This document shows, one piece after another, positions 26,898 to 38,774 of a stretch of DNA of 49,867 nucleotides (the first letter of the stretch is position 1; every line of letters begins with the position of its first letter). The position numbers and the translations under genes were made by a program. Under the pieces are notes generated by a model. It made no database searches and was not told where the DNA came from. It saw nothing but the letters and a program-made list of their open reading frames with translations. The stretch spans positions 124,001 through 173,867 of the forward strand of contig JAHRHZ010000018.1 of assembly GCA_024137785.1 (NCBI GenBank). The letters are read 5' to 3'. The DNA comes from Ginglymostoma cirratum (Eukaryota).

Positions 26898-28260
26898 GGG
26901 TCTCTCCAACACTTGTCTCTCCTTCCTGGACCTCTCTGTCTCCATCTCGGGCAACCACCTAGAAACAGACGTCCATTTCAAGCCCACTGACTCCCACAGC
27001 TACCTGGAATACACCTCCTCCCACCCACCCTCCTGCAAAAATGCCATCCCCTATTCCCAATTCCTTCGCCTCCGCTGCATCTGCTCCCAGGATGAGACAT
27101 TCCACTCCCGCACATCTCAAATGTCCTCATTCTTCAAGGACCGCAACTTCCCCCCCACAGTGGTCGAGAACGCCCTCGACCGTGTCTCCTGCATTTCCCG
27201 GAACACATCCCTCACGCCCCGTCGCCGCAACAATAACCAAAAAAGATTCCCCCTCATCCTCACATACCACCCTACCAACCTCTGGATCCAACGCATCATC
27301 CTCCGACACCTCCGCCATCTGCAATCAGACCCCACCACCAAAGACATTTTTCCCTCCCCACCCTTATGTGCCTTCCGGAGGGACCACTCCCTCCGCGACT
27401 CCCTTGTCCGCTCCACACTCCCCTCCAGCCCCACCACACCCGGCACTTTTCCCTGTGACCGCAGGAAGTGCTACACCTGCCCCCACACCTCCTCCCTCAC
27501 CCCAATCCCAGGCCCCAAGAAGACTTTCCACATCAGGCAGATGTTCACCTGCACATCTGCCAATGTGGTATACTGCATCCGCTGCACCCGTTGTGGCTTC
27601 CTCTACATCGGGGAAACCAAGCGGAGGCTTGGGGATTGCTTTGCAGAACACCTGCGCTCAGTTTGCAACAAACAACTGCACCTCCCAGTTGCGAACCATT
27701 TCAACTCCCCCTCCCATTCCTCAGACGACATGTCCATCCTGGGCCTCCTGCAATGCCACAGTGATGCCACCCAAAGGCTGCAGGAACAGCAAATCATATT
27801 CAGCCTGGGAACCCTGCAGCCCAATGGCATCAATGTGGATTTCACAAACTTCAAAATCTCCCCTCCCCCAACCGCATCCCAAAACCAGCCCAGCTCATCT
27901 CCACCTCCCTAACCGGTTTTTCCTCTCACCTCAAGCCACACCCCCATCTCCTATCTACTAACATCATCCCGCCCCCTTGACCTGTCCGTCCTCCCTGGAC
28001 TGACCTATCTCCTCCCTACCCCACTACCTACACTCACCTTTACTGGCTCCATCCCCGCCTCTTCGACTCGTCTGCCTCCTCTCCACCTATCCTCTCCTCT
28101 ATCCATCCTCTATCCGCCTCCCCCTCTCTCCCTATTTATTTCAGAACCTTCTTCCCCTCCCCCATTTCTGATGAAGGGTTTAGGCTCGAAAAGTCAAGTT
28201 TTCCTGCTCCTATGATGCTGCTTGACCTGCTGTGTTCATCCAGCCCCATGCTTGTTATCT
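26898..28260 (+). mobile_element. 5'-truncated Penelope-like retroelement (RT C-terminus, Cys linker, GIY-YIG endonuclease, 3' terminal region)
   Basis: ORF 26842..27912 contains FLDLSV..., KPTDSHSYL, CDRRKCYTC and NVVYCIRCTRCGFLYIGETKRRL (GIY-YIG). Flanked by the 14-bp direct repeat catttctgtattct (26884-26897 / 28261-28274). Confidence 0.92.
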
Positions 28261-30527
28261 CATTTCTGTATTCTCTCTGTTTTCAGCCAGCCAGCCAATC
28301 TTCTATCTATACTATTATGTTACCTCTGACACATGAGATTTTATCTGCTGCAGTAATCCTTGATGTAACACTTTATAAAATGTTTTTTGGAAATCCAAGT
28401 ACAGTATGCTCTGAAGTCATTAAACCTGTCACACTCCACAATACCAACTCTAATATAACCTACTATCTGATAGTTTCTGACAGCAGCATGTTATAAAATC
28501 ACTCTCCAAAGCATTCTATAAACTCTGCATCCAGGCTATTATTGTCAATCTGATTTTTCCAGTTTATATGTAGATTTAAATCACTCATGATCTATTCCCT
28601 TTATCACAGGCACTCAATATTTCTTCTTGTATACTTTCTTCCACACTGTGGTTGCTGCTGTTGGGCCTGTAGATCACTCCCATGAGTGACATCTTTCCTT
28701 TACTATTCCTCATCGGCGCTCAAACCAATTCCACATCATGATCTCCTGGAACAATGCGTCTCCAGTTGTTGCACCAATGTTATAGAGACATACAAACTAG
28801 GACTAGGAGTCGGCCCTTTGAGCCCACTCCAACATTCAATACAAACTGGCTGGTCATCTAAAATCAGTCTCTTGTTCCTGTTTTCTCCCCATACCCTTTG
28901 ATCCCATTAGCTCGAAGAACTTTATCGCCTTCTTGGAAACACTCAATGTTTTGGCTTCAAGCTTGTTTAACAGTGTTACCCTTTCACCTTTTACCTAGCT
29001 TTTTCTTGACTCTATGGGGTCCTTGGGAGTGCAGGGTGGAACCTGTGGTGATTGAGGGGTATGCAACAATTATGGGAAGCACAGAGGAAGGGTTTTAACT
29101 CCACGGTGTGTTTGTGACTTCACCGGGGTTAGTTTCCAGTTGCTTTGGAGGGGGCGGGGGTATGAGATGATGGGGTCTGAGACATAGACTGCTCCTGAAA
29201 GGGTGCTGAGAGGGAGGGTGAGGTGAAATTTCAGCAATCCCAGTGTGGATAAGGGTTAAGGGTGGATTGGGACCTGGAAAGGTGGACAGCATTAGTTGCA
29301 GGTGGCAAAATGTCTGGCTCCTGAACTCAGGTGCTGGTGATGTAGGGGTGGGTAGAAGAGAGCTATTGAGGGGTGGAGATCTCTTCGAGACCTGGGTTGT
29401 ATGTTTGCGGTTGCCCTTTCATGAGACAGACACAATGTTCCTGGAAGGTAGGAGTAAAGTCCCTGCCATCACAGATCCACTGAGCCCCAGGATGGGATCT
29501 TGCTGTCAATTTTCCTAAGGCTTGGGAAAGCTGATGACCACGGTTAAAGGTGTAGATCTGAACAACACTGAGGCTCACAACCTCATTGTAATATTTAAAG
29601 GAACAGCCTGCCTTCTGGGACCAGATTGGTCATCCACTGACCATCTGAGCCAAATCAAGCTGAAAGGGATGGGCACAAAGTTTGTTTGGGATGGAATTGG
29701 ATTTTTAAGACTTTAACTGATCCCTACACACATCACCCTATTAATTCCCAGAGACAACAATTTTTATTTCTTTGGGCTTTAGCTGCTCTGTCTATTTAGA
29801 GTTAACTGTACAAGAACTAATTTCTACAGGGATTTTCCACTGGAAAATCATGGGTAACGTCCTGAATGTTCAATATATTTTCCCAAATGGGTGAAACTCT
29901 AAGGTTATTGCCTTTACAGCCAGTTTGATACTTTATACTATAGTGGTTATTTAAATTGTCCATTTTCAACTCACAGATTCCAGACTCCTCGTAGGTTGCC
30001 CTTGTTCCCTCTTTGGGTTCCAGCCTCCCCTGGAGTGCTATGTCCTGTGACGACTCCATTCAAATACCCCAACCACAGAGAGAGACCTCATTAGCAAAGA
30101 GTTTCCTGGTAGTCCTGTCTCTTAACAATGCAGTAGCTGAGGAATATGATTCCACATTCCCTAATTACAACTGACAAGATCGTCCGTTGTAGGGTATAGT
30201 CACAAGAGATATTTGGTTTCTTCGATGGGTTCACATTTGGTAATAAGTATTTATTTTTATATACATCCCAGTCAATGTCTCCATGTAATCAGGCAGCTTT
30301 ACTTATTCTGATCATTGTTCCTTTTCCTCAACACTAACTGAACTCTGTGTAAGATGTTGTATCACATTCACATGCTCATTTGTTCAGTTCAATACAAATT
30401 TTACTCTGTTTTGAGGCGATAACTTCCACTGTATAAGTGACGATGTTGTCACATTCATTTCTTTGTGAGATGGTAATTTAATCAGAATATTTGGGACAAA
30501 ATTAATATAATATTAGGGAGTACTTAC

Positions 30528-30881
30528 TGGTTACATTCAGGCGGGTTCCGTTTCCGAAGATCTTGCCCCAAATATCACAGATGTAGGTATTGGTGTCAGT
30601 GAGCTGCAGGTCTCTGATGGTCAGAATGTAGCTGTTACTGGTTACATTTCTGGAAAGCTGAAACCGCTCAGAGAATCCGCTCGATCGGTAAACATGGCCG
30701 TTTACATAATGGCTCATTATCGTAGGCCCACCTCGGGAATGGTGCCAGTGTAGATCATATTTGCCCACAGTGATATCAGCATTGCTGCTTCGCAAATCAC
30801 AGCGAAATGTCACTGTGCCACCCTCAGTCAGTGTCACAGCTTCAGGGGATTGGATAAGAATTGTCTGTGCATCCGCCTGAC
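30528..30881 (-). CDS. Exon: Ig V-set (VJ-type) domain D1 of a 4-V-domain inhibitory receptor, including the end of the signal peptide
   Basis: Acceptor ttttttattcacag|GT and donor ACCA|gtaagta; 354 nt, phase 1-1. Reads (G)QADAQTILIQSPEAVTLTEGGTVTFRC...LHWHH...RFQLSRNVTSNSYILTIRDLQLTDTNTYICDIWGKIFGNGTRLNVT, with canonical Cys/Trp/Cys, DxxxYxC and an FGxG J motif. ADA|QT resembles a signal-peptide cleavage site. Confidence 0.93.
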
Positions 30882-31269
30882 CTGTGAATAAAAAATAACT
30901 GAGATCAGAACATAATAAAAACCTTCAAATCACAGTGGTTCTCCAAACGCCTGTACATTTACAGACACATATTCTGTTATCATTGGTTTTGTAGGCGACT
31001 TATTTTAAACAAAAAATTAAAACAAAGTACTGTCGGTGCTGGAGATCTGAAGTAAACAAAAACAGAATTCAGCAGGTCTGGCAGGATCTGTGGAGAGAGA
31101 AACAGAGTGAATATTTCCAGCCTAATGACCCTCCTTCAGAACTAGCCTGAGCAAAATACTGCAGATTCTGGAAATCTGAAATATACAAAGAACACAGAAA
31201 GTACAGGAGAAACTCAGCAGGTCTGGCAGGATCTGTGGAGAGAAAAGCAGAGGGTATATTTCAAGTATC

Positions 31270-33250
31270 TCAAAAGACTGGTGTGTGTTCTGAGACAAGA
31301 GGCTTCTTAATATTTAATCACATCCTTGCAGAATGACAAAACCACCATATCCCAGTATCCAGGGGTCCATTATCAATCTGGAAATGAATGTGCTCTAAAA
31401 TTGGCCTTTATGATTCACAAAAATCTTTGGCCAGTTCACCTGTTTTGCCAATTTCTCAAAGGAAATGAAAATGGCTTCTACATTGTTTTCATCAAATTTT
31501 GTTAATGTTTGGACATATTTGTACATATCCCTTCCAGGCTGTTGGCCACGATGAGTTCGCTCATCATCACTTCTATCTTGTACTTTTACTTTAAGTTCTA
31601 ACTTAATCTTTTCCAACTCGATCATGCTTTCCCTTTCTTCTCTATCGTTTTGCCTTTCTTCAACTTGGGTGATTCTTTCCTTTTCTCTTTCCTCTGTTTT
31701 TAACCATAATTCAAACTGTTTCAGTTCCCTTTCTTTATCTTCAGCTAGGACTCTTCTTTCCCCCTTTAATTGTCCTCTAACTCCAATGGCCTCATTTGCA
31801 ATTTAATTTTTTCTAACTCCACTGCACTTGACCGTTTCTCTGTGTTACCTAAATGCTTGGCTAATTCAATTATAATTCAGTTTTCTTATGATCCCTAGTT
31901 AAACCCAATTTTAGCTTCTTTGCTAATTCTACAAATGTCATCTTTAGCTGCCTTTCTAAACTTCTTTGGCAAATTTGGGAAGCATCTTCGACACCCAGAA
32001 CGTCTTTAGCAACTTTTAGAGCCTTTTCCCTGCTTTTAATTTAACGAACAACAAGCAAACAAAATTGATCAGATTTTCCATTTCTCGCTTACGTTTTATT
32101 TAAAGATCTAGAACACTAGTCCCCAGGTCTGTTTAAACTTGCTGGGACCTTTCATACTCTAAATCTGTTCAAATCTGTCAAGATCCAGGACATGAGCCCC
32201 CAATCTTTTATAAAGTGGAGATTGACCTCCCTCTGAGAACTAAAGCTGAAACACACAAAGAGGAGCACCTCACCCAATAATCTGTAAAAGGATTGCGAAA
32301 AATGGTGTAACCTGTCTTTCATCAGCTTCAAGTGGTTAAATAAAATAAATCCCTTGCACTCACTTTAAAATCAACAAGTAGCAATTTAATTATCTAACTC
32401 TATTAGTGAACAAATTCGCTAAACTATTAACAAACCAACTAAATCCCTTCTAACTACTAAATATTCCTGAATAAAGGGTTCCGATCTGAAACATCAGCTT
32501 TCCTGCTCCTCTAATGCTGCCTGGCCTGCTGTGTTCCTCCAGCTCCACACTGTGTTATGTCATATTCTAGTGATATGCTGTTCCAATAAATACAAGTCTC
32601 ACATATCAATAAAAAAAGTAGAATTTAGTCTCTAGAAATTACAACCAGGTTAAGAGTCTTCTGGAATGTTCTGTGCCTTCTCCGTTGACTCTTCTGTCAG
32701 GAATGCTTTCACTGTGAATTCTGCTATTCAGGAATATTAACTAGTTGTGCCTTGGTACCATTGTTATTTAGATGGTACTTTCTCGAAAACATAGAGGAAG
32801 CTGTGAAAGCTAAAAATTCTCTCTTGAGAGCTGAGGGATGTTAGCTTGAGCAGATGGAAGTTAGCTCTGAGGTCTTCATCCAACCGCCCCGTTCTTTAAT
32901 ACCCTTGATGACACATCAATATTTCTTACAATAGGATTGATCCTATGTTGTCAAAACTATCATTCTTAAATTTAAATAGGTTTTTGGCATCTAAGTGCCT
33001 GGTTCAAATTGATTGTCTAAATACAAGAACTTGTTTTCTTGGTTAAAAACAAACTGCTGCTTGGCCTGCTAACTGTATGGCCTTTTGATGCAAATATTTC
33101 AATTCGGGTGCTCTCTGTGTACTTGCAAACTTTCAAGCTGCTGCTCACAGACATCCATTTTAAATCTTTAAGTACAGAAGAAGCACATGATCTTTTAAAG
33201 GAACCATGCAATGCTTTCCCCCCTAGTGTTTTACAAGCACCAAATTCTAA
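31270..33250 (-). mobile_element. Degenerate Gypsy-like LTR retrotransposon 5' part (LTR, PBS, gag remnant)
   Basis: The minus strand at 32202-32183 reads TGGGGGCTCATGTCCTGGAT, close to a tRNA-Pro PBS (TGGGGGCTCGTCCGGGAT). Downstream ORF 31395..31625 has NVEAIFISFEKLAKQVNWPK, a gag-like motif preceded by an E/K/R coiled coil. LTR limit approximate. Confidence 0.65.
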
Positions 33251-33299
33251 CTTCCTGCCTCCCAATCCACAAGTACTCTTCCCAACTTTGCAACAATGT

Positions 33300-34330
33300 T
33301 CATTAGGAGCAGGAGTAGGCCACTCAGCCCCTCAAGCCTGCTTTCCATGCAATAATTACCAGCTAAACCTACCTCACTCCTGTTTTCAATGAGCTAGTCC
33401 TGATATTTAAACATCGACATCTCATTCATGATATTTCTGTAAGAGGAAACATCCTCTCCACATCTCCCTGGACAAGTCACCTCAGGATCTGATATTTCAA
33501 TTAACTCACCTCTTACTTTTTGAAAATCCAGTCTCCTAAAATCTAACCATTCTTCATAAGACAGTCCACCCAATCCAAGCATTAGTTTAGTAAACCTTCC
33601 CTGAACTAATTCCAACACATCTCCTTAAATAAGGAAATGCCACAGTACTCCAGGCGTGTCCTCATGAGTGCCCTGCATAACTGAGGCATCACCGCCCTTC
33701 ATTAGTATTCAACTCCCCTCAGGATAAATGATAGCATTCGATTAGCCTTCCTAAATATTCACTGTACCTGAAAACTAAACTCTTACAATTCTGCAGGAAG
33801 ACACCCAACAGCTCAGCTTTGGATAATAAGCTTTTTAAAATTATTCCTGCCAAAAATATCATTTTCAAATTTTACACACCATTTGACAGATCTTTGCCTA
33901 CTCACTTAACTGACTTATATTAATTTGTAGCCTCCTTTTGTCCTTTTCCCAACTTACTTGTCTACGTACCTTTGTGACATCAATAATTTCATCAACAGTA
34001 ACTTCTAACCCTTCACTTAAGTCAGTTATATACATTTTAAAAAGTTCAGGCCCCAATTCTGATTCCTGAGCCTCTCCACGCATTACTCCTTGCAAAACCA
34101 AACAAAATTCCCATGTATGCATATTTTCTGTTCCCTGTAAGCTAGCCAATTTTCAATTCAACTAATTATGTCGCCTCCTTTCTCATGGGCTTTTCACAAT
34201 TTTCCACAATAACCTCAGACATTGCACCTGACCAAGTATTTTCTGGAAATCTAAGTATAGTATATCCACTGGTTCTGCTTTATTTACAGCATATCTTACA
34301 TCTTCAAAGCTCTCTAATAGTTTGAGAATT
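33300..34330 (-). mobile_element. CR1 fragment
   Basis: LELVQGRFTKLMLGLGGLSYEE and VDILYLDFQK motifs. Confidence 0.8.
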
Positions 34331-36668
34331 GCTGAAACAAGATACGTTCTGGTGAGGCTTTTTGTCTCGTGCTCACCAGGACAACTCACAAGAAATACTA
34401 ACGCTAACGGGAAACAAACTTTTTCATAATATATGAGAGTGCCGATTGATTGAGAAGTGAACTCTGATTGGGTGAGATGATGTCATAAATAATGCACCAG
34501 TTAGTTGATGATTAACTGTTAATTGCCAAGCTTTGTTTCAACTTAAACCAGGCAGGATGTTTCTGTATAGTTAATGCAACACCCTGAGAAATTAACCAGA
34601 GATTGAATATCAGCATTTTTTTAGTTGCAAAAGGCACAATGTGCATGCCTAGTCTTTCCACATGTGAAGTAAAGGACATCACGTATTAATGTATGTACTT
34701 TTCATAGTAAAGCCAACTGACAATCCTCAATTTAATTGTCATTATAATCAATGGGACACTCATGTTTATTTAGCAAATGCTGACCAGTGGTAGATTGCAT
34801 CAAATGTAGCACATATTGTGTTTTTTTTCAAGCAGAGGCTAGTTGGGAAGGGCCTGTCTCTCTGCCTTGTTGTTAAAAGCCAAAGTAACAGGTGAAGCTA
34901 GCAGTTTCATACTGCTACAATACAGGAGCAACACAAGTCGTGTTCACAAATAACACAACACTGACTTTGAGCTATAAAGGCATTCTGTCTACCACACAAA
35001 TGAACGATATGATATATGAGTTTCAGTACCAAATGTCCAAATTCTGGTCAATCATACATGTACATCCATTGTCCACCTCCGAAACAATCATGACTGTCTT
35101 GGCATACAGAAGTCCTTCCTTGTACTTGGTGTTTCTTTCAAATTGTTGTAATGGGTATAGAGGGGACAGTGGTGACCTAGTGGCAATGTCATTGGGATAA
35201 TATGAACCTAGGGCCAATATTCCGGGGCATGAATTTGAGTCCCACTATGGCAACTAGTTGAATGTGCACACAGTAAAAATATCAAATTGAACGCTGGCAT
35301 AATGGCGCTCACATAACTATTGTCGTTTGCTGTTAAAACTCATCTGGTTTATGAACATCCTTTACAAAAGGAAATCTGCCGTCGTTACTTAGTCTGGCCT
35401 ACATGTGACTCCAGACCCACAGCCATGGTTTGACTCTGAACTGCCCTCTCAAATGGCCCAGTAGGCCTCTCAGAGCAAGGACAATTAAGGAATGGTAAAA
35501 AATATACTAGCCTTGCTAACAACACTAGGTTCTTCAAAAGATATTTTTTTAAATGTCTAACTGTATTTGTTTTCAGCAATACTTGGGTAATCTATTTCCA
35601 AATTAAAGACTAAATTCAAATAATTTGGTTAAACATAAATTTCCCTTTACAAGCCCATTCAGATTATCTTGACTTTGCCGAAGTGTCTTACATTTTTAAC
35701 AATACATTCTAACTTTCTCCCTCTGGCTGATGTCAAGCTAGCTGGTCCATTGTATTCTGATTCTGTATGACACAAACTTCCTTGGATCCAGTGGATCAAA
35801 AACCAATGCATCAACTATTTCACCAGATACTTCTGTTAGGATCCTACAAAGAAGTCCATAAAGACCCGAGACTTAACAACGTATTGATCCAAAAATTTAC
35901 TCAGTGCCACTTCCCCAGTGACTGTAATATTCTTGAGTTCCTCCCGTCTTTCATTTCCAGGTTTAAAGCTACTTCTAGAATATTGTTTATATCCCCATGT
36001 GGTGAAGACTGATACAAGATACCCTTCCAAATCACATTTTCCAGCTCTAATTCCCAACATTCACTTCTTATTGCTCCAATGTGCATCTTAAGACTTTTCT
36101 TTCTCGACCACAGAAACACTTACTGATTTATAATTCTAACTAACTTTCTGTCATACCCCAATTTTCTCTCCTTAATAACCTCTGAGCCAATTTTTGCTGT
36201 TTTTTGTAACCTACCTTTGTTGACTGTTTGCTATGCCACTACATCAGTCCACAATAACTACCTCTGCTTTCATGTCCTCATAACAGCCCTTATTTATGTT
36301 TAAAATATTAGTCTTAGATCCACTCCTCTCCATCAAATTGAATGTAAAATTTAATCAGAATATATTCACTGCTATCTAGGGTTGCTTTCTCCATTAGATT
36401 ATTAATCATATCTTGTAGTACAATACTGTCTAGTTGGCTCCAGAACATGTTGCGTTAAGAAATTATCCTAAAAGCATTCCACAACCTCCTCATTGAGGTT
36501 ACTTTGGCCCATTTATGTTTTCCAGTCTATATCGAGATTAAAATTCGCCACGTTTATCACCATAGTTTTCCAACAAGCTTCCATTATTTATAACTTTACA
36601 CTCCAGTCAAGCACATGGTTACTGAGACAAAAGGAACTGCAGATGCTGGAGAATCCGAGATAACAAGC

Positions 36669-37068
36669 NNNNNNNNNNNNNNNNNNNNNNNNNNNNNNNN
36701 NNNNNNNNNNNNNNNNNNNNNNNNNNNNNNNNNNNNNNNNNNNNNNNNNNNNNNNNNNNNNNNNNNNNNNNNNNNNNNNNNNNNNNNNNNNNNNNNNNNN
36801 NNNNNNNNNNNNNNNNNNNNNNNNNNNNNNNNNNNNNNNNNNNNNNNNNNNNNNNNNNNNNNNNNNNNNNNNNNNNNNNNNNNNNNNNNNNNNNNNNNNN
36901 NNNNNNNNNNNNNNNNNNNNNNNNNNNNNNNNNNNNNNNNNNNNNNNNNNNNNNNNNNNNNNNNNNNNNNNNNNNNNNNNNNNNNNNNNNNNNNNNNNNN
37001 NNNNNNNNNNNNNNNNNNNNNNNNNNNNNNNNNNNNNNNNNNNNNNNNNNNNNNNNNNNNNNNNNNNN
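36669..37068. other. Assembly gap (400 N)
   Basis: Run of n. Confidence 1.
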
Positions 37069-37104
37069 TTTTCTGATGAAGGGTTTAGGCCCGAAACGTC
37101 AAGT
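37069..37104 (+). ncRNA. Minimal hammerhead ribozyme motif (second intact copy)
   Basis: ttttCTGATGAagggtttaggcccGAAACGTCaagt, with a core identical to 17432-17463. Confidence 0.65.
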
Positions 37105-38548
37105 TTTCCTGCTCCTATGATGCTGCTTGAACTGCTGTATTCATCCAGCCCCATGCTTGTTATCAAGCACATGGTTACTGTTAGGGAGCCTGTATGTCAT
37201 TTTCATCAGAGTGTTCTTATGTTCATCATTTCTTATTTCCACACAAATCTCTCGGGGAAACCAAGATTCAGAACTATGTTCATTCTTCTAATACCATCAC
37301 TAGTTAACAGAGCGACCGCACCACTGTTTCCTCCCTTCCAGTCTTTCTGTTTAGCTTTGAACGCAAAGTACATTTAGATAAGACTTGTGTTTGTATTTTT
37401 GCAGCTCATAATCTTGTCTGCTGATACACATTTAGATTTGTTTGGCCTATCCCTTCCTATCATGGTCTGTTTTACACTTCCAATGAAAACAACTTTCTCT
37501 CTTATCTTGTTTCTACTTTGGTGAATTATCACCTCTTCCCAAAATTTAATTCAGTAAAAATATCTGGAATTAAGAGTCAAACAATGACCATGCAGCTATT
37601 GTAGATTGTTGGAAAAACCCATTTGTTTCTTGCATGTCCTTTAGGGAAGGAAATCCACCGTCCTTAACTGACAGGGGTCCATGCGACTCCAAACCCACAG
37701 CAATGTGGGTGACTCTAAACTGCCCTCTGGGTAATTAGGGATGGGTAATAAATGCTGGTCCAACCAATGACACCCATATCCAGCAAATGAATAGAAAATA
37801 GTAGTTCCAAATTAGAGACACCCTCCCTGACTCATGTTGGCTTTCACAGTTTAAATTTGGTCGATCAACCTAACACATGCTAAGAAACTTCCCCCACAGA
37901 CTTCCTCCTTAATCTGCAAAAATATTTTTCTCTTCAGTTACATGAGAAGCTGTGAATTAGGAACAGGAGACATCCAAATAGACCTTCAGAATTATCATAG
38001 CTCCTTCTGGAAGTTTGTCACTTGCTTTGTAAACATCTTTCTCTCTTGCCATCTTTCCGCTTTATTGGTTTGTCACCTCTTCCTAAATTTGAAATTTTGA
38101 CCTGACTTCTCAGTTTTAAGCTGACTCTACTACCATAGTTTTATAGCTGATGAGAACACTGACTCCAGCATGGTTCGTGTGGAGCCCATCCCACTGGTAC
38201 AAATCCCATTTGGGATACCTGGAACCCACTTCTCCTACACCAGTCTAGTGCCATGCGTTGATCTGGCCACTCAGATTTGGCCTGTCTCAGCTTGCACATG
38301 GCTCAGTCAATAATCCAGAGACTCCCTCAAGCTGGCTATAGATACGGGAAAGGCCAGACAGGCACATTAAAATAATTTGCTCTATGTGGTCATAAGAAAC
38401 CTCCTTTGTGCCAAATTTGTCTTCTCATTCCTTCCAGAAATCCTACCAGAAACCTCTGCACCTACTTATCTTGAAGTGTTCACTCTGTTATCTGGTCCTG
38501 AGGTGAGTTGCACATGAGTAACTCCAGCTCCCACCCCTCATCCCTCAC

Positions 38549-38774
38549 CTTCCCCTGACCTCCACAATCTGGATAACATTGGCCTCTCAGGATAGGCTGT
38601 TTGAATATGGTCACAACACAGTAATAGAGTATACAGAAGAAAAAGTAGGAAAATGAGGTGAAGAAAATTAATACCAGGCCTCCCCACAATACAAAGTTTG
38701 CAAAATTGAAGACAATGATGTGGCTGTTTTTCAGCCTCTGGTCCAACCTGGCCCTAACTTTGTGCTCCTGAAAC
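38549..38774 (-). other. Exon-like segment upstream of the receptor gene (possible 5' or leader-related exon)
   Basis: Strong acceptor ccatttcttttctgtatctgtcag| and donor AAG|gtgagg. One frame is open and hydrophobic (HIIVFNFANFVLWGGLVLIFFTSFSYFFFCILYYCVV). Another frame gives MLSRLWRSGE plus 1 nt, in phase with D1 but not a typical signal peptide. Confidence 0.3.

Larger units (their letters stand above)
36625..37164 (+). mobile_element. Penelope-like insertion with an inverted 5' terminal piece, spanning the assembly gap
   Basis: The right side matches the family 3' end. The left side ends in gataacaagc, the reverse complement of gcttgttatc. Flanked by tcaagcacatggttactg (36607-36624 / 37163-37180). 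Confidence 0.8.

Noticed and set aside
27041-27961. 306-aa Pro/Ser/Thr-rich ORF and antisense ORFs
   Set aside because: Shadow frames of the C-rich Penelope-like coding sequence.
16629-30881. Rearranging TCR/Ig V gene-segment cluster
   Set aside because: Each V already includes a J-like strand and ends at a splice donor. There is no 3' RSS, no individual leader and no C exon, and the exons chain to a TM and ITIM tail.
36588-37172. Long ORFs across the N run
   Set aside because: Artefact of the assembly gap.
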